A DNA stretch of 64,000 nt from Octopus vulgaris (Eukaryota): positions 66,588,001-66,652,000 of the forward strand of contig OX597823.1 of assembly GCA_951406725.2 (NCBI GenBank), written 5' to 3'. Below, piece after piece: positions 1 through 13,344 of this stretch. The notes beneath the pieces are model-generated. The model was given only the letters and a program-made list of their open reading frames with translations, was not told where the DNA came from and made no database searches. The translations under genes and the position numbers were made by a program. The stretch's first letter is position 1. Every line of letters begins with the position of its first letter.

Positions 1-324
1 TGGTCAATGGAATGAGAACAATTTATTCTACGGTTGAATAAACGACTGAGTTTGAAATTTCTAGATTGACGTTCAACATAACCACTTGAAGAAACTCGGA
101 GAATTCAATGCAAACGTTCTAGTTTGATTTATTGAGATTACTGAGGGCCTTTTGGCGGCCTTAATTAATACAGTATGATCGGCCAAGCATGCAGAGAAGA
201 AAAGTTATAACCATGACGACAATGTAACGAATTAAATCTCGACGAACAATAAAATCAGATAAAATGAAGCAGAACCAAAGGTAAATTAGTAAATGTATAA
301 GGATAAGCTATGAAATGATGACTA

Positions 325-580
325 TTGGGTTGGTGCATAATTATTGCGGCTTTTTTTTTTTCAATAAATTTTATTCAACAAAAGCAATACCAATATTTAA
401 CAAAAATATCTTTAAAATGACGGTCTGACCGTCTATCAAGCAAATGGGGAGCAGTAATTGTAGTAGATGGTGAATGTGCTCTGGAATAATCATTTAAAGA
501 TGTTTTTGTTACATGTAGTTATTGTTTTTGTTGAATATAATTTGTTGAAAAAAAGCCGCGATAAGTATACGCCAGCCCAA
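325..580. mobile_element. Mariner-type MITE with TA target-site duplication
   Basis: TA|TTGGGTTGGTGCATAATTATTGCGGC...GCCGCGATAAGTATACGCCAGCCCAA|TA. The imperfect TIRs resemble the Hsmar1/MADE1 TIR (TTAGGTTGGTGCAAAAGTAATTGCGG), and inverted similarity continues inward. Confidence 0.8.
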
Positions 581-1144
581 TATACAATTATTGATAGAAT
601 TCCTAATATTATAAGGTATCACATGAATACGAGTATGTCATAATTTTAATTAAGCCCAGTAAATAGATGTAGAATAAAAGACAAATGCTAATATGTTGGG
701 TCGAAATACAGCTTAATAGTTATCTGAGACCACTGGCGATTATGGATCTAAATCTATGCCTGCAGAATGTACTTCAGCCAGGTTGTTTGTCAAGGAGATC
801 TGTTGTTATTCACGTAATATTTCCAGAGACTCTCCGTTACCCAGATTACATGCAATGCGAGCACCTTGGTAAGGTTTGCCACTCCTTTCAATAGACCAAG
901 CAATATAATAGGAAATGAATGGATATAATACACTAATGATGTGGAAGATTTGCTCGTAGTTTTAGAAAATGAACTGACATTTCCAGGGTAACATTTCTTG
1001 AAACTAATGGAAGACACAATGTATATTTTGTCGACTTTTGACGTTAGTATAAGCAGTGTATCTATGATCGACATTGCGTAGCAAGTATCTACCACCCAAA
1101 TGCAATTCATCTTGTTGGTGTCGTCGTCGTTCTTGTTATTATAA

Positions 1145-1145
<1 letters not shown>

Positions 1146-1239
<94 letters not shown>
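1146..1239. repeat. (GCT)n/(GTT)n trinucleotide microsatellite
   Basis: Read directly; explains the poly-Ala and poly-Ser ORFs. Confidence 0.95.
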
Positions 1240-1242
<3 letters not shown>

Positions 1243-1254
1243 TTTTTTCCTCGT

Positions 1255-1395
1255 CCAAAATGTTTAGCGTCATTTCGTTCGTTCTTACGTTCTACGTTCA
1301 AATTCCTCCGAGGTTGACATAGGCTTTCATCATTTCGGGGTGCATGAAATAAGTACTAGTTACGCACTAGGGTTCATGAAATCGACTAGCCCCCA
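1255..1395 (+). mobile_element. Decayed SINE family A fragment
   Basis: GTTCAAATTCCTCCGAGGTTGACATAGGCTTTCATCATTTCGGGG...AAGTACTAGTTACGCACT matches the intact copy at 33428-33662. Confidence 0.75.
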
Positions 1396-1569
1396 ATTAT
1401 ATTACTATTGTTGTTGTTGTCGCCATAGCTGGAGGTGTGTTTTTTGAGTTCTGTAAGTTTATGACAAATCCACTTGTTTACAAGGTTCTATACTGTATTT
1501 CGCTGTTTAAATCATTTTTCAAACCAGCTGTTGTGGATAACTTCCAGAAATTACTGGCCTAGTAGTGCT

Positions 1570-1690
1570 ACCAGGAGAAGTCAGTGAACCTGCAGCTCGG
1601 CATCTGGAGAGGCAGGCCTATGCCAACCAAGAGCTTGAAGGGGCACCTAACGAAAGGACCTGTTAAGTTGCTCGGCGTCTGGTTCGGTAC
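1570..1690 (+). mobile_element. Tx1/L1-like LINE reverse-transcriptase fragment
   Basis: Translates as QEKSVNLQLGIWRGRPMPTKSLKGHLTKGPVKLLGVWFG, resembling the NxxKS...KxLGV segment of L1/Tx1 RTs. Confidence 0.55.
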
Positions 1691-1699
1691 GTGCTGTGG

Positions 1700-3030
1700 A
1701 TTGTTGTGATGTTCAGCAACTGTAATGAAAGTGTTTCACGTACGATGTTAGTGGTGCCTTGTAGTGCTATATATTTTCTGTATGCTATATATACTTGTTA
1801 GTCCAGGTGTTTATGCTATGTGTTTGTCTGAAATATTTTTTTATCATACTAAATGCACCTATTATGATAGGAATTCTTTGTTTTTAGACTCCACCTTCGA
1901 GCTATTTCCAGATATTTGTATTTTGATAGCTTCTCCGTTTCTTTTAGAAAACACATTGTCATCTGTTGATATTGATACATTGATTAGAAAGTATTTTTAC
2001 TTGATAATCTCTGACAACTATATCCGGCTTATTGGCCTTAATTTCTCTGTGTGTATTGGCTTATCTCAGAGTATGTTTGATTTCTCATTTTCTGTGACCT
2101 TTTCTGGCGCATTCGTATACCATCGTTTTTCTGTTGCTATTCCATAGTGTTGTCCCAACTCTGTTGTGTCTATGAATACATTCATTCTTAACTAGGACTG
2201 GGCAGCCAGAGACAATATGATATTGTTCTTTCTCCATTTCCATATATTTTGCAGTTACTTGTACTTCTTTTCATTAAATGTATTTGTGTTATTTCTAGTG
2301 GGAAGGCTTTGATCTTGTGCTGTAATTAAAAATCCTTCAGTCTCTGATTTGAGTCCTGAGCTTTTCTCTCATTATTGGAGATTTTGTTTTTTTTCTATTT
2401 CTTTTCTGTTTAGTTAACCCAATATTTACCATCTAGGGCCTTTCTTGCCATCGTTTTCTCATGATCCGTTGCTGCTCCAGTTTTTTTACAACTTTTGTTG
2501 TCTCTTCTTTGTCTTCATAGTTCTTATTTACTATGACTTTTTTTGTATTTGTCAGCTTCATTAAAACTAAAAACAGTTTTTTTTTGCTTCGTAGCTATTT
2601 AAATTAGTTTTCCTTGCTTCTGAAGGATGTACGTATTTCCTAAGGTGGTTATTTTGTAAGATTTTTCTAGCTGTATAAAGCCTCTAACACCTTCGATACG
2701 TAGTATATACAACCTTTCTATGTCAGATTTTGGGTGGTGCATCCTAATTCTGTCATTATTTTTCTTGTTTTCCTGTCTATTTTGATTAGTTCATTCAGAG
2801 TCCAGTTAAGAATATTGTAGCTGTAACTTATAACTGGGGCGACTAGAGTGTTGATACCTATTATCTTGTTTTTCGCATGAGCTCTGTTTTCAGTATTAAT
2901 CTACCTCGTCTATAGTATCCTTCTCTTGTCTTCTCTTTCATTTGTGTGTGCTGCATTGTAGCTATTTCTTTCATTCCTAAATATTTGTATGTCTGGCTTT
3001 GGTTTAACGCCCTTATTTCATTTGCTTTAT
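1700..3030 (-). mobile_element. Decayed R4/Dong-clade non-LTR retrotransposon (RT C-terminus + restriction-like endonuclease region)
   Basis: Minus-strand pieces across frameshifts: YKYLG..MQHTQMKEK..YYRRGRLILKTEL, GINTLVAPVISYSYNILNWTLNELIKIDRKTRKIM, MHHPKSDIERLY, ETEGFLITAQDQSLPTRN, KYKDLEIA, IQKI. The 5' side abuts a long (ATT)n tract. Confidence 0.8.
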
Positions 3031-3245
<215 letters not shown>

Positions 3246-4987
3246 GCTGCTGCTGCTGATACTACAACTACTACTATTACTAATACTAATACTAATAGCA
3301 AATCTACCCATATATGATGGAGGCGTAAAATGAAGGTGGGGAATCATAACAGCAGTATGTATTGAGAAATGTGTAAGTGGACTTGATAGATTATTGATTG
3401 ATGTCTTAGAGAAATCCCATTAATGTTGGTGATACAGCATTCTGTTGCAGCTATATGATATGTATTTGCGATTAAGTGACATATGATGGCGATTCATCCC
3501 CGAACTGAAAAATGCTCCAATTTCTGTATCATGAACGGATATGTGGATCATTCCTAACGAAATCCAGACTTTCCTTCGACCACTACATAAAAAGTATTAA
3601 GAAAAATAATGTTTAGATATAATTTTATTTTAGGTGTTTACACTATTTTACGCTTTTTTATCTATATCTGTAAAAGAGACTTTGTGTGTGTAGGGGGCGC
3701 ATGTGCGTGTTTCTTATGCATTCCAAAACCGAGTTGCCTATTTTGATGTATGGGGTGTCAAATGATTCAGTAGGCTTTTGGCTACCAACTAAATTATATT
3801 TTCATTCACATATTTGCATTACAAAAATTTAACATTGTCATTTTTCTTTTAGTCACCTATCGTAAACGACATTTTATATCACCACCACAACGACAATGAC
3901 GTCACATTTTCTATATGAGCGTGTTCGCGCGTTCGTTACCTACGTTAGACCGATGACTGATAAGTATAGTTGTGTGAAGGTGTTAGTGTCTGTTAGTATA
4001 CATACATTTTTGAGACGACTGACAATTCACAGGGACAGAGATAGGCTTCAGGTGTGCGCTAATGCATGTGTGCGTGTGTTTTAGTTTATGTATGTAACTT
4101 TCTCCCGCCCAACAGTGAAACGCACGGACATTGAAAGTTTAGTTGCGGCCTGGACTTTAAACGAACAACAACGTTCGCTTTGAAGTACTACAAACATGAA
4201 GACACCACTCACAATATTTGCAAATATATCTGAAAAAAATGTATTCTGGTTATTATAGCAAATTCGGAATCTTGGTGAAGTAGGAAGCTTCAGTGAGTCC
4301 TTCAATATAATGTTATTCCACTCCTTGTAATCAGTTTCAAGACAATTTTTAACAGTCCTCCAAAGATTCTTCATCACTTTGAGTATCAACGTCGCACAAC
4401 CTTTTTACGGCGGTAGTCAGTATTTATTCTACAGCCTATAACGTTCCACAGTTAAAAAATATGTAGTAATGTCAAATCAATGTCAAATCTTGCTACATAC
4501 AGCCTTCAGCAAATAATTTAAATTAACGTTCACAACTAGAGCATCTTCCTTTCTATACACTTGGTTCAATGCTCGTTTCAGGATTGTAAAATAAATTATT
4601 TTTGTATAAAAAATTGAATTTCTTGGACGTTCACTTTCTTCACCGTGATATTCAACTGTGAATTTTATAACATTTAGTACATGCTCCAAATAAATGTTGA
4701 CTTTCTGTACTTTGTTACATTGGTGACGCATAGTAACTTTTGTAAATTGGTGAATTTCCATTTTTTATAGCATAACTATGCAACAGAAAGTAAGTTTTGC
4801 ACATATATTGACGACATTTAGTGACTTTTGCTAAATTGATGACGTTCCATTCTTTTATAGCATAACTATGCTACAGAAAGTGTTTTGCACCTATATTGAC
4901 ATTTCGTTTCACTTGAACTTCGTATGTGTACATTTTCCTTTTTTCAATATTATCACTTCTATGAGTGTATGTGTGTATGTATGTATG

Positions 4988-5026
<39 letters not shown>

Positions 5027-7879
5027 CTGCGTTCTTTACGCCTATTGTAAACTATAGTAAAGAACATTTTTTGCTATTTTAATGAGACCACATCTAATGA
5101 AGTAGCCATCCTTATGGTTGGTGATACCCATGAAAATCCTGATATTCTCATTCATGTCCGAGATAACGTCTTTTATGAACTCATCTCTCTAATCATGCTC
5201 TCCAGTATTCTCTTATTTTGTGGAATGGACAAGATGGGTATCATTTCAATATTCCCCAAATTGAACCCGCAACAGGAGAGCCAATTACAAACAAAAAGGT
5301 GTCGTCAAATGACTTCTATTCTTACCAGCTTATGTTAAGACCATAACAATGAAATCAATAACACATATAAAATAAACTTTATTTTCATTTACATACTTTC
5401 TGTTATCTCAAGAACCAGCTATAGTTATTTCAAATATTCTTCTCTACAACGACCAGGTTTTATTAGAAAATGAAAATAATTTCACACTTTCAATTTGAAC
5501 GAAAATTACAAAGTGTTGCATTACGAAAGTGACGATGTGTGAATAATGAAAACAATATTTCTCCGAATTAGTCACATTTGTAGTATAAAATAGAAAGCTG
5601 CTTATTATCTATCTAGCAAATAAACTATGTTTTTGACTCAACAACACTTTTTGACAACTAAAATAACCCCGGCATAATTTTAAGGGTCATATTCGGACAA
5701 TATTTCGATTTGCTTCCAATGTTTCACTTTCGTCCGATGTTTGACGCATGCGTATAATTCTACTCAAACATTTATGAAGATGTACACATAAATACTGTAT
5801 TAAAATAAAACCACAACCAAAAAAATTCCATTAAAAGATATCCATTTTTCTATATGTTATGAGGAAATACAGTGACACACACAGGCACACTATCTCTTTC
5901 ACTCTCTCTCTCTCTCTCTCACGCACAAAAAAGATGTATGCATGTGTATTTATGGGCCAAGGTAAAGAATACGCACTCCCGGTGTTTAGGGTGAGAGTTA
6001 CACCCAAAACGAGTTATGTGCGAATTATTTACCTTCACTATATATGTGTATGAAAGAGAATGTGTGTGTATGTGTGTGTGAGAGAGAGAGTGAGTGCCAC
6101 TTACACATGCATGCAAAAAATTCATTCATCACAACACACACCTTCACTCACTCACTCTCTCCTCTCGCTCACACACACACACACACGTCCATTTCACATA
6201 CACGTATATCTTAAACTTTCTCTTATCACTTCAAATCAAATGTCGCCTTTTCACTTTATCCTGTCTTTCAACTTCTGATCTTTTCAATGCATACAGAAAT
6301 TAAAACAATTTTACGAAACTTAACGAACAATCATATGATCTCATATATGTCGAGTTAACATATTTGCTTCTTCAAACAAAAGAATGCCATAAAATTAATT
6401 TCTATGACATACATACGCACACTCTAAGTAAAACTTCTGTGCGAATTATGTTAAATCTTGCAGAATTAAGTTATTTCTCACACACGCCAATTTACAACTC
6501 AAATCCAATTGAAATAATCTTTTTCTATAGTGTAATTTGTGTTGGTGATAAGAAATATTTTATTGCTATGGTCAACACTACAACTACTACTACTACTACT
6601 GATTTTCGATATAAAATTAGAAGAAAGTTTTCCCAGAAATCCTGTCTTTTATCTCTTCTTTCTAGCATGTCCGAGATGATATTTCCACTATCTCTAGTAG
6701 TTTTACTGAGCTTTTCTGTAAATATTTTAGTAGGCATTTTCTTTCCACCTATACACACACTACCACAACAATTAAGCCTCAGCTACCCTGGTTTCTCTTC
6801 AAGTACAGCTGGATGATACCAGCTTTCGAATGGTGCGCTCGATACATTGTCACAACTTTCTAGTTTTTCCGTCAAGTTTCTGTATGTCGCTTTTGGTCCA
6901 CTCTACAATTCCGACTCCGTATTTGATTACATTTATTGCTTCAAGAACATTTTTTTAAAAAATTCAGTTACACTGTAATAATCTTCTCACTCTCCTTGTA
7001 TACTTTCTACTAGTAATTTGTTTCATTTCCTGTGCTTCAAGTATATCCAAATACATATACCATTGTCCTTTCTCAACCACTTTTCAAAACAGAGCACTTA
7101 TCCATCCCAAATCCCATTCCTACATCATTTGAGAAAATTCGAACAGCATTCTTTTATTCTTTTATTTGTTCATTTGTTTCAGGTCGACTTTTCTATCTTC
7201 CTTCGGGGTCGATTAAATAACTGCCAGTTGAATACTGCAAACGATGTAATCTTCATTCCTCCCACCGAAATTACTGGCCATGTGCTACAATTTGAAACCG
7301 TTATAATTATTATTTGTATTAGTAGTAGCAGGAGCAGCAGTAGTAGTAACAGCAGCAATAACAGTAGCAGCAGCAACAGTTGTAGTAGTAGTGTGTTGAC
7401 CATAGCAATAGAATATTTCTCTAAGTATATCCATTGATTCAAGGCTAAGAATTTCATTTCCAATATTACATCTTATAATATTGGAACTGGTTAACCTTGC
7501 AAAGGCAGCCGCACTGTATACAATCTATGCAGCAGAAAACCTCTTAAAATATTACGTGAGAAATGATCTTCTTAACAAACAGCGAGACACAATTACATTC
7601 TGGGAGCATCGATTTCTTAAAACGTTTATTCTTTTTAGCATAGATCCATATGCTTCAATCAACTCAGATAACGGTTTACTCTTTACTCTTTTACACTTTT
7701 ATTTGTTTCAGTCATTTGACTGCGGCCATGCTGGAGCACTGTTTTTTGTAATCCTAGTACTTATTCTATCGGTCTATTTTGCCAAACCGCTAAGTTACAG
7801 GGACGTAGACACACCAACATATGTTGTCAAGTGATGGGGGGAGGGACAAACACAGACATAGAAACATATACATACATAC

Positions 7880-7932
<53 letters not shown>

Positions 7933-7936
<4 letters not shown>

Positions 7937-8245
7937 GTATGTAGAAAAATACAACATGGACAAGAACGTATAACTCTTAGAAGACGATACAATAAACACG
8001 GACAGGACATTCGAAACCCTCAGTCTTCAGTCAAGAACCGGATCATCGTAGTAATTTTGGCTGATTAATCTTGAGATTACTAGATCACGGCCAGCCCTCC
8101 AAGAAAAACTAAGCAACGAGCATTAGAAAAACTAAGCTGGGAGCGTAGATTTCCTGGAAGAAGGATCGAATGCATACGAACACCGGGACAGCAAAAGGGA
8201 CGAATATAAAAGGCAAAAAACAATAATGGAATACAGAAACATACA
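7933..8245 (-). mobile_element. TA-inserted retroelement 3' terminus (probable PLE) with rearranged hammerhead-like motif
   Basis: Abuts (TA)n; homologous in motif order to 15810-15995 and 16560-16765. Confidence 0.55.
8021..8097 (-). ncRNA. Candidate non-circularly permuted hammerhead ribozyme (decayed)
   Basis: Minus strand: GGCTG..TAGTAAT-C-TCAAG-ATTAAT-CAGCC-aAAATTACTA..CTTGA-CTGAAGA. All three stems pair; G12 is mutated to A. Confidence 0.5.
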
Positions 8246-9035
8246 CGACTGGCTTCTTTCAGTTCCCGTCTACCACATCCACTCACAACGCTTTGACCAG
8301 CACAAAGCTGTAGCAGAAGACACTTGCCCAAAGTGCCACTCAGTGGGACTGAACCGAGAACAATGAGGTTGGTAAGCAAGCTACTTACCACACAAACACT
8401 CCTTTTAGCTGTATTTTGACAGAACATCCTTTGTCCTAGTTTTTATATTTCCTTCTTCATTTACTGACTTGTATAAACTGAGTCTAATTAAAATTATCAA
8501 AGACTTTTAAGTTTATAACACCTTAAAATATTTCAAATTCTGTTCATAGCTATAAAATCATTTTAGGTGTCCTTATTTATAAAATTTCTAATTCTGTTTC
8601 GTTTTCTTCTTCCATGTTATCAATCCTTTAAATTTTCGCATCGGCTCCTATCATATCTTCTTTGTACTCTTGAACGTTCTTATTGTATTAAGACCGCCAA
8701 AATATCATTTGGCACTTGCTTAGCAGGAATACCTAACTGCTTTCCTCTTTTATTTTTAACTCTTTGTTTGCATTTCTTTCTTTTAATGCATTCTCTTTCC
8801 TCTTTTCCTCCTCATACTTAGATTAATGATTCGCCTTGACAAGTCTGGTTCTAAGCCCCTTCGTATTTTCTCTTTTCCTTTTTCTTTTTATTACACTAAC
8901 TTCATCCCTACACCATCTCCCTCACTTTTATTACATGTAGCTGCCAGTCCCTTAAACTTTCTTCCTATTACTCTTTTCCCCTCTCCTACCCTATACTTTC
9001 TCTTTGTTTACTGATGTTTCTATGACTATTATATT

Positions 9036-9707
9036 CTTTTCTACTCTAGGCACAAGGCCCGAAGTTTTGGGGAGGAGGCCAATCGATTAGATCGATCCAC
9101 TATGCAGCTGGTACTTAATTTAACGACTCCGAAAGGATGAAAGGCAAAGTCGACCTCGAATCTGAACTCAGAACGTAAAGACAGACGAAATACCTTTTTC
9201 TTTACTACCCACAAGGGGCTAAAGACAGAGGGGACAAACAAGGACAGAGAAACGGATTAAGTCGATTACATTGACCCCAGTGCGTAACTGGTACATAATT
9301 TATCGACCCCTAAAAGATTAAAAGCAAAGTCGACCTCGCCGGAATTTGAACTCAGAACATAACGGCAGACGGAATACCTATTTATTTACTACAAAAAATT
9401 GTTAAACACAGAGAGGAGAAACAAGGACAGACAAACGGATTAAGTCGATTTCATCGAGCCCAGTGCGTAACTGGTACTTAATTTATCGACCCCTAAAAGA
9501 TTACAAGCAAAGTCGACCTCGCCGGAATTTGAACTCAGAACATAACGGCAGACGGAATACCTATTTATTTACTACAAAAAATTGCTAAACACAGAGAGGA
9601 GAAACAAGGACAGACAAACGGATTAAGTCGATTTCATCGAGCCCAGTGCGTAACTGGTACTTATTTAATCGACCCCGAAAGGATGAAAGGCAAAGTCGAC
9701 CTCGGCG
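9036..9707 (-). mobile_element. Tandem array of about four partial SINE family A units
   Basis: Repeated AAGGACAGACAAACGGATTAAGTCGAT..CCCAGTGCGTAACTGGTAC..AAAGTCGACCTCG units; the two central units are near-identical. Confidence 0.85.
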
Positions 9708-10787
9708 TTATCCATATTTTTTCCAATTATAGCGCATTCAAGCCGACTCTTATTCTAAAGAATTCATTTTACGCTCATTGGGAGGTTGGATTTCATGAAC
9801 CTAGACTAGTCCGTGTGTTAATCCGCGTTCATCTCTTATGCGCTTATATTGTCTTCTCACCCATTGCATGAGTGTACAGTAGCAGTCACCATATTTCATT
9901 CCATAAGGGCTACCATTGATGAGCGCTGGGTTACATAATCGCACTGTCAGCTAACAGAACGAAACCGATTGGTAAGATCGGCTGCATTGGATATATAATA
10001 CTGTACACTTCAATCAATATATCTGTGTGTGTGTACGCATGTTTACACACGCATGTACCTACATATATTGACAGATGTATGTATATTTATACACATGTAC
10101 ATATACGCATACACAAAAACATACGATTGGATAGGTAGACAAACTGACAGACACACAGGGGGAAGATAACGTGGTTTATTGAAAACGTCAACAATATATT
10201 TGAGGGAAAATTAGAAAATTAAAAGCGAGCATCTAAATAAAACATACTGACATGAAATAGTTTCACATTTGTATTGTAAGAGCTGTAAAATTTCGATCAA
10301 CTGAGATTATTCAAGCAATTTGTATACAAAACCACCTTCTACAAGCTGTTGAAAGTCGAAAGAAAACGACAGTATAAAACCAAAGGAGATCAGTTAAACG
10401 ATAAAACTGAACAATAAAAATTTACAGACTATAATGAATCAAGTGTTAAAAATCAATTGGCGAATGCAATAGGCATGTTTTTGTGTCATAAAACCTCTGC
10501 AGGGATATTTATGCTATTTACTTGGCAAGAATAAGTGCAGTCGATTTATAAAAGAATGCAGGGAATGTTTTAAAGCTGATAATAACAATGTGGCAGCTCG
10601 AGTGATGTTGATACAGAGGAATTGAAAATAAAAACTGAAACAAAACGCGCATAATATCATCTATTGAGCATGTTAGAGCACTGAACGTGTTCTGGTGTTC
10701 TGTTTGTGAGGAGCGGCCTATTGTTATGGGGAATCTTTATTAATGCCTTCCTAGTGAATGCCTTGGGTTTGCGTGCGCGGTGCGCGG

Positions 10788-10866
<79 letters not shown>

Positions 10867-10874
10867 GTACACAA

Positions 10875-10917
<43 letters not shown>

Positions 10918-10918
<1 letters not shown>

Positions 10919-11500
10919 TAGATGCCACTTGATGCAAACCTCAGGCATCAACCTGCCGACCGGCGTCGTCGGCTGACGTCGTACTGCACTTGTTGCAGCT
11001 TTGTTTGACAGTGCTTCTCTCCTGTTCGTCGTTTTTTGCGATGGCTGAAACGTGAAATTTTGGTTGCTGCTGGGAAAAAACAGCGACCGAAGCAGTTGCC
11101 ATACTTCAAACAGTTTACAAAGACACTGCCATGAGTAAAACACAAGTTTACGAGTCGTTTCCACGATTTAGGAATGGTCACTTGTCGCTTGAAAAACAAT
11201 CTCATTCAGGACGACCGTCCCGAATGAATGAAAACATCACGAAAATTCATTAACTGATCTTGGAGGATTGTCACCGAACAATTACTCTTTTATTTGTTTC
11301 TGTCAATTGACTGTGGCCATGCTAGAGCACCGCCTTTAGTCGAGCGAATCGATCCCAGGACTTATTCTTTCTAAGCCTAGTACTTATTCTATCGGTTCCT
11401 TTTGCCGAACCGGTAAGTTACGGGGACGTAAACACACAAGCATCGGTTGTCAAGCGATGTTGCGAGGACAAACATAGACACATAAACATATACACACACA

Positions 11501-11556
<56 letters not shown>

Positions 11557-12186
11557 TACGTTGAGGTTCTTTCAGTTTCTGTCTACCAAATCCACTCACA
11601 AGGCTTTGATCGGCCCAAGGCTATAGTAGAAGACACTTGCCCAAGGTGCCACGCAGTGGGACTGGACCTGGAATCATGTGGTTCGTAAGCATCTACTTAC
11701 CACACTGCCACGCCTACGCCTATACTTACCACACAGCCACGCCTGAACTTGGTGATATCGCTGATGTCCTGGAGCTCCTCCCAACGAATTTTTAGCGTGG
11801 AATTGCGAACGAAAAGAGTTGCAGTAAAATGTGTGCCCCGCTTGCTCACAGAAGATCAGAAAGCAGTCACGACTGAATGCCTGTCGTGAACTGAAACAAC
11901 AGTTAGAAGTTGATCCGGACCTTTTTTAGAAGGTCATCAGTGATGACGAAAGTCGGTGCCACGGAATATGGAGATGTGAAAGAGGTGAAGGAAAAATAAG
12001 GAGGACGCGTTACAAGGCATCACTTCGCAAGAGTTCCGGAACTGCTTCGAATAATGGAAAACGCGCTTTGACCGATGCATTGCTTTAAATGGAGAATACT
12101 TTAAAGACGATAAAAGAGTAAAAATGTAAATCTAAGTGAATAAAACAATATTGCGAAATTCCGGCTTCTTTTGAGTACCCCGTCGT
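10918..12186 (+). mobile_element. Decayed, internally deleted mariner transposon interrupted by a SINE
   Basis: KTATEAVAILQTVYKDTAMSKTQVYE..SGRPS before the SINE. After it: KRVAVKCVPRLLTEDQK, VISDDES, then directly the C-terminal WKTRFDRCIALNGEYF. The right end reads TTTTTGAGTACCCCGTCG|TA. The left boundary is approximate. Confidence 0.85.
11283..11743 (-). mobile_element. tRNA-derived SINE family B (full length, internal TA/CA microsatellite)
   Basis: Minus-strand head GGCGTGGCTGTGTGGTAAGTA (locally duplicated) with a B-box-like segment, body GGCACCTTGGGCAAGTGTCTTCT, tail GAAACAAATAAAAGAGTAA. Confidence 0.9.
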
Positions 12187-12640
12187 ATATATACATGTGA
12201 AAACCCAGCCATATTCGAATATACATGCTTACATACATTAATAGATGTGTTCTCTATTATATACCCATTACGGTTTTGCGCTAGAATTTCAACGGGGTGT
12301 TAGGCAACGGTACAATTATGTAACTCTGCACTCATCAGAAGTAGTCATTATGTGTGCGTGTGTGTGTTTGTGTTGAGAGGGATACATTAAACGTGTGAAT
12401 ACCGTGCTAGTTCTCAGGTATACTGTAGTATTTAACATCTGTGACTACTTGGAATTGTCACTCACGCTGTATCCGCTTCACTGGATGGTAATATTATCTC
12501 AAGTGTGTATAATTGTATAATTGAAATGATAAAGAATACGGAGACTTGCACATTCTCAAAATGTATTTCCTTATATTTAACAATGTTATGCAGCATATCT
12601 TTATGGTTACAACGATCTACACGTATTTCCACTGCACAGA

Positions 12641-12711
<71 letters not shown>

Positions 12712-12759
12712 TACATATATACATATATGTACATATGCATATATATATATATATATACT

Positions 12760-13027
<268 letters not shown>

Positions 13028-13041
13028 GTATGTGTGTGTGT

Positions 13042-13320
13042 GGAGGTGCAATGGCCCAGTGGTTAGGGCAGCGGACTCGTGGTTGGAAGATCGCGGTTTC
13101 GATTCCCAGACCGGGCGTTGTGTGTGTTTATTGAGCGAAAACACCTAAAAGCTCCACGAGGCTCCGGCAGGAGGTGGTGATCCCTGCTGTATTCTTTCAC
13201 CACTCTTTCTCTCACTCTTTCTTCTGTTGGCCCGCTCGCTTGTTCGAAGGATAAAACAATGCAAACGCATTGTGACCAGGGATGTGTAGCAACATCTGTT
13301 GGTCTGGTCGGTCACGGTGA
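13042..13320 (+). mobile_element. tRNA-derived SINE family C
   Basis: A box TGGCCCAGTGG, B box GTTTCGATTCC; ends GTCACGGTGA followed by (TA)n. Confidence 0.85.
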
Positions 13321-13344
13321 TATATATATATATATATATATATA

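Larger units (their letters stand above)
7678..8402 (-). mobile_element. tRNA-derived SINE family B, split at its internal TA/CA spacer by an insertion
   Basis: 3' half at 7678-7880 (CAGTCATTTGACTGCGGCCATGCTGGAGCAC) and 5' half at about 8245-8402 (CACTTGCCCAA..CAGTGGGACTGAACC..CTACTTACCACACA), matching the copy at 11283-11743. Confidence 0.85.

Noticed and set aside
4081-4761. Two minus-strand ORFs of 102 and 92 aa, also 685-1110 and 53385-53900
   Set aside because: No recognisable domain or splice pattern; probably very old transposon debris.
4741-4905. ~90-bp diverged tandem duplication
   Set aside because: Ordinary local duplication with no further structure.
13042-13115. tRNA genes here and at about 62727-62800
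   Set aside because: A and B boxes are present, but there is no convincing full cloverleaf and both continue into SINE bodies.
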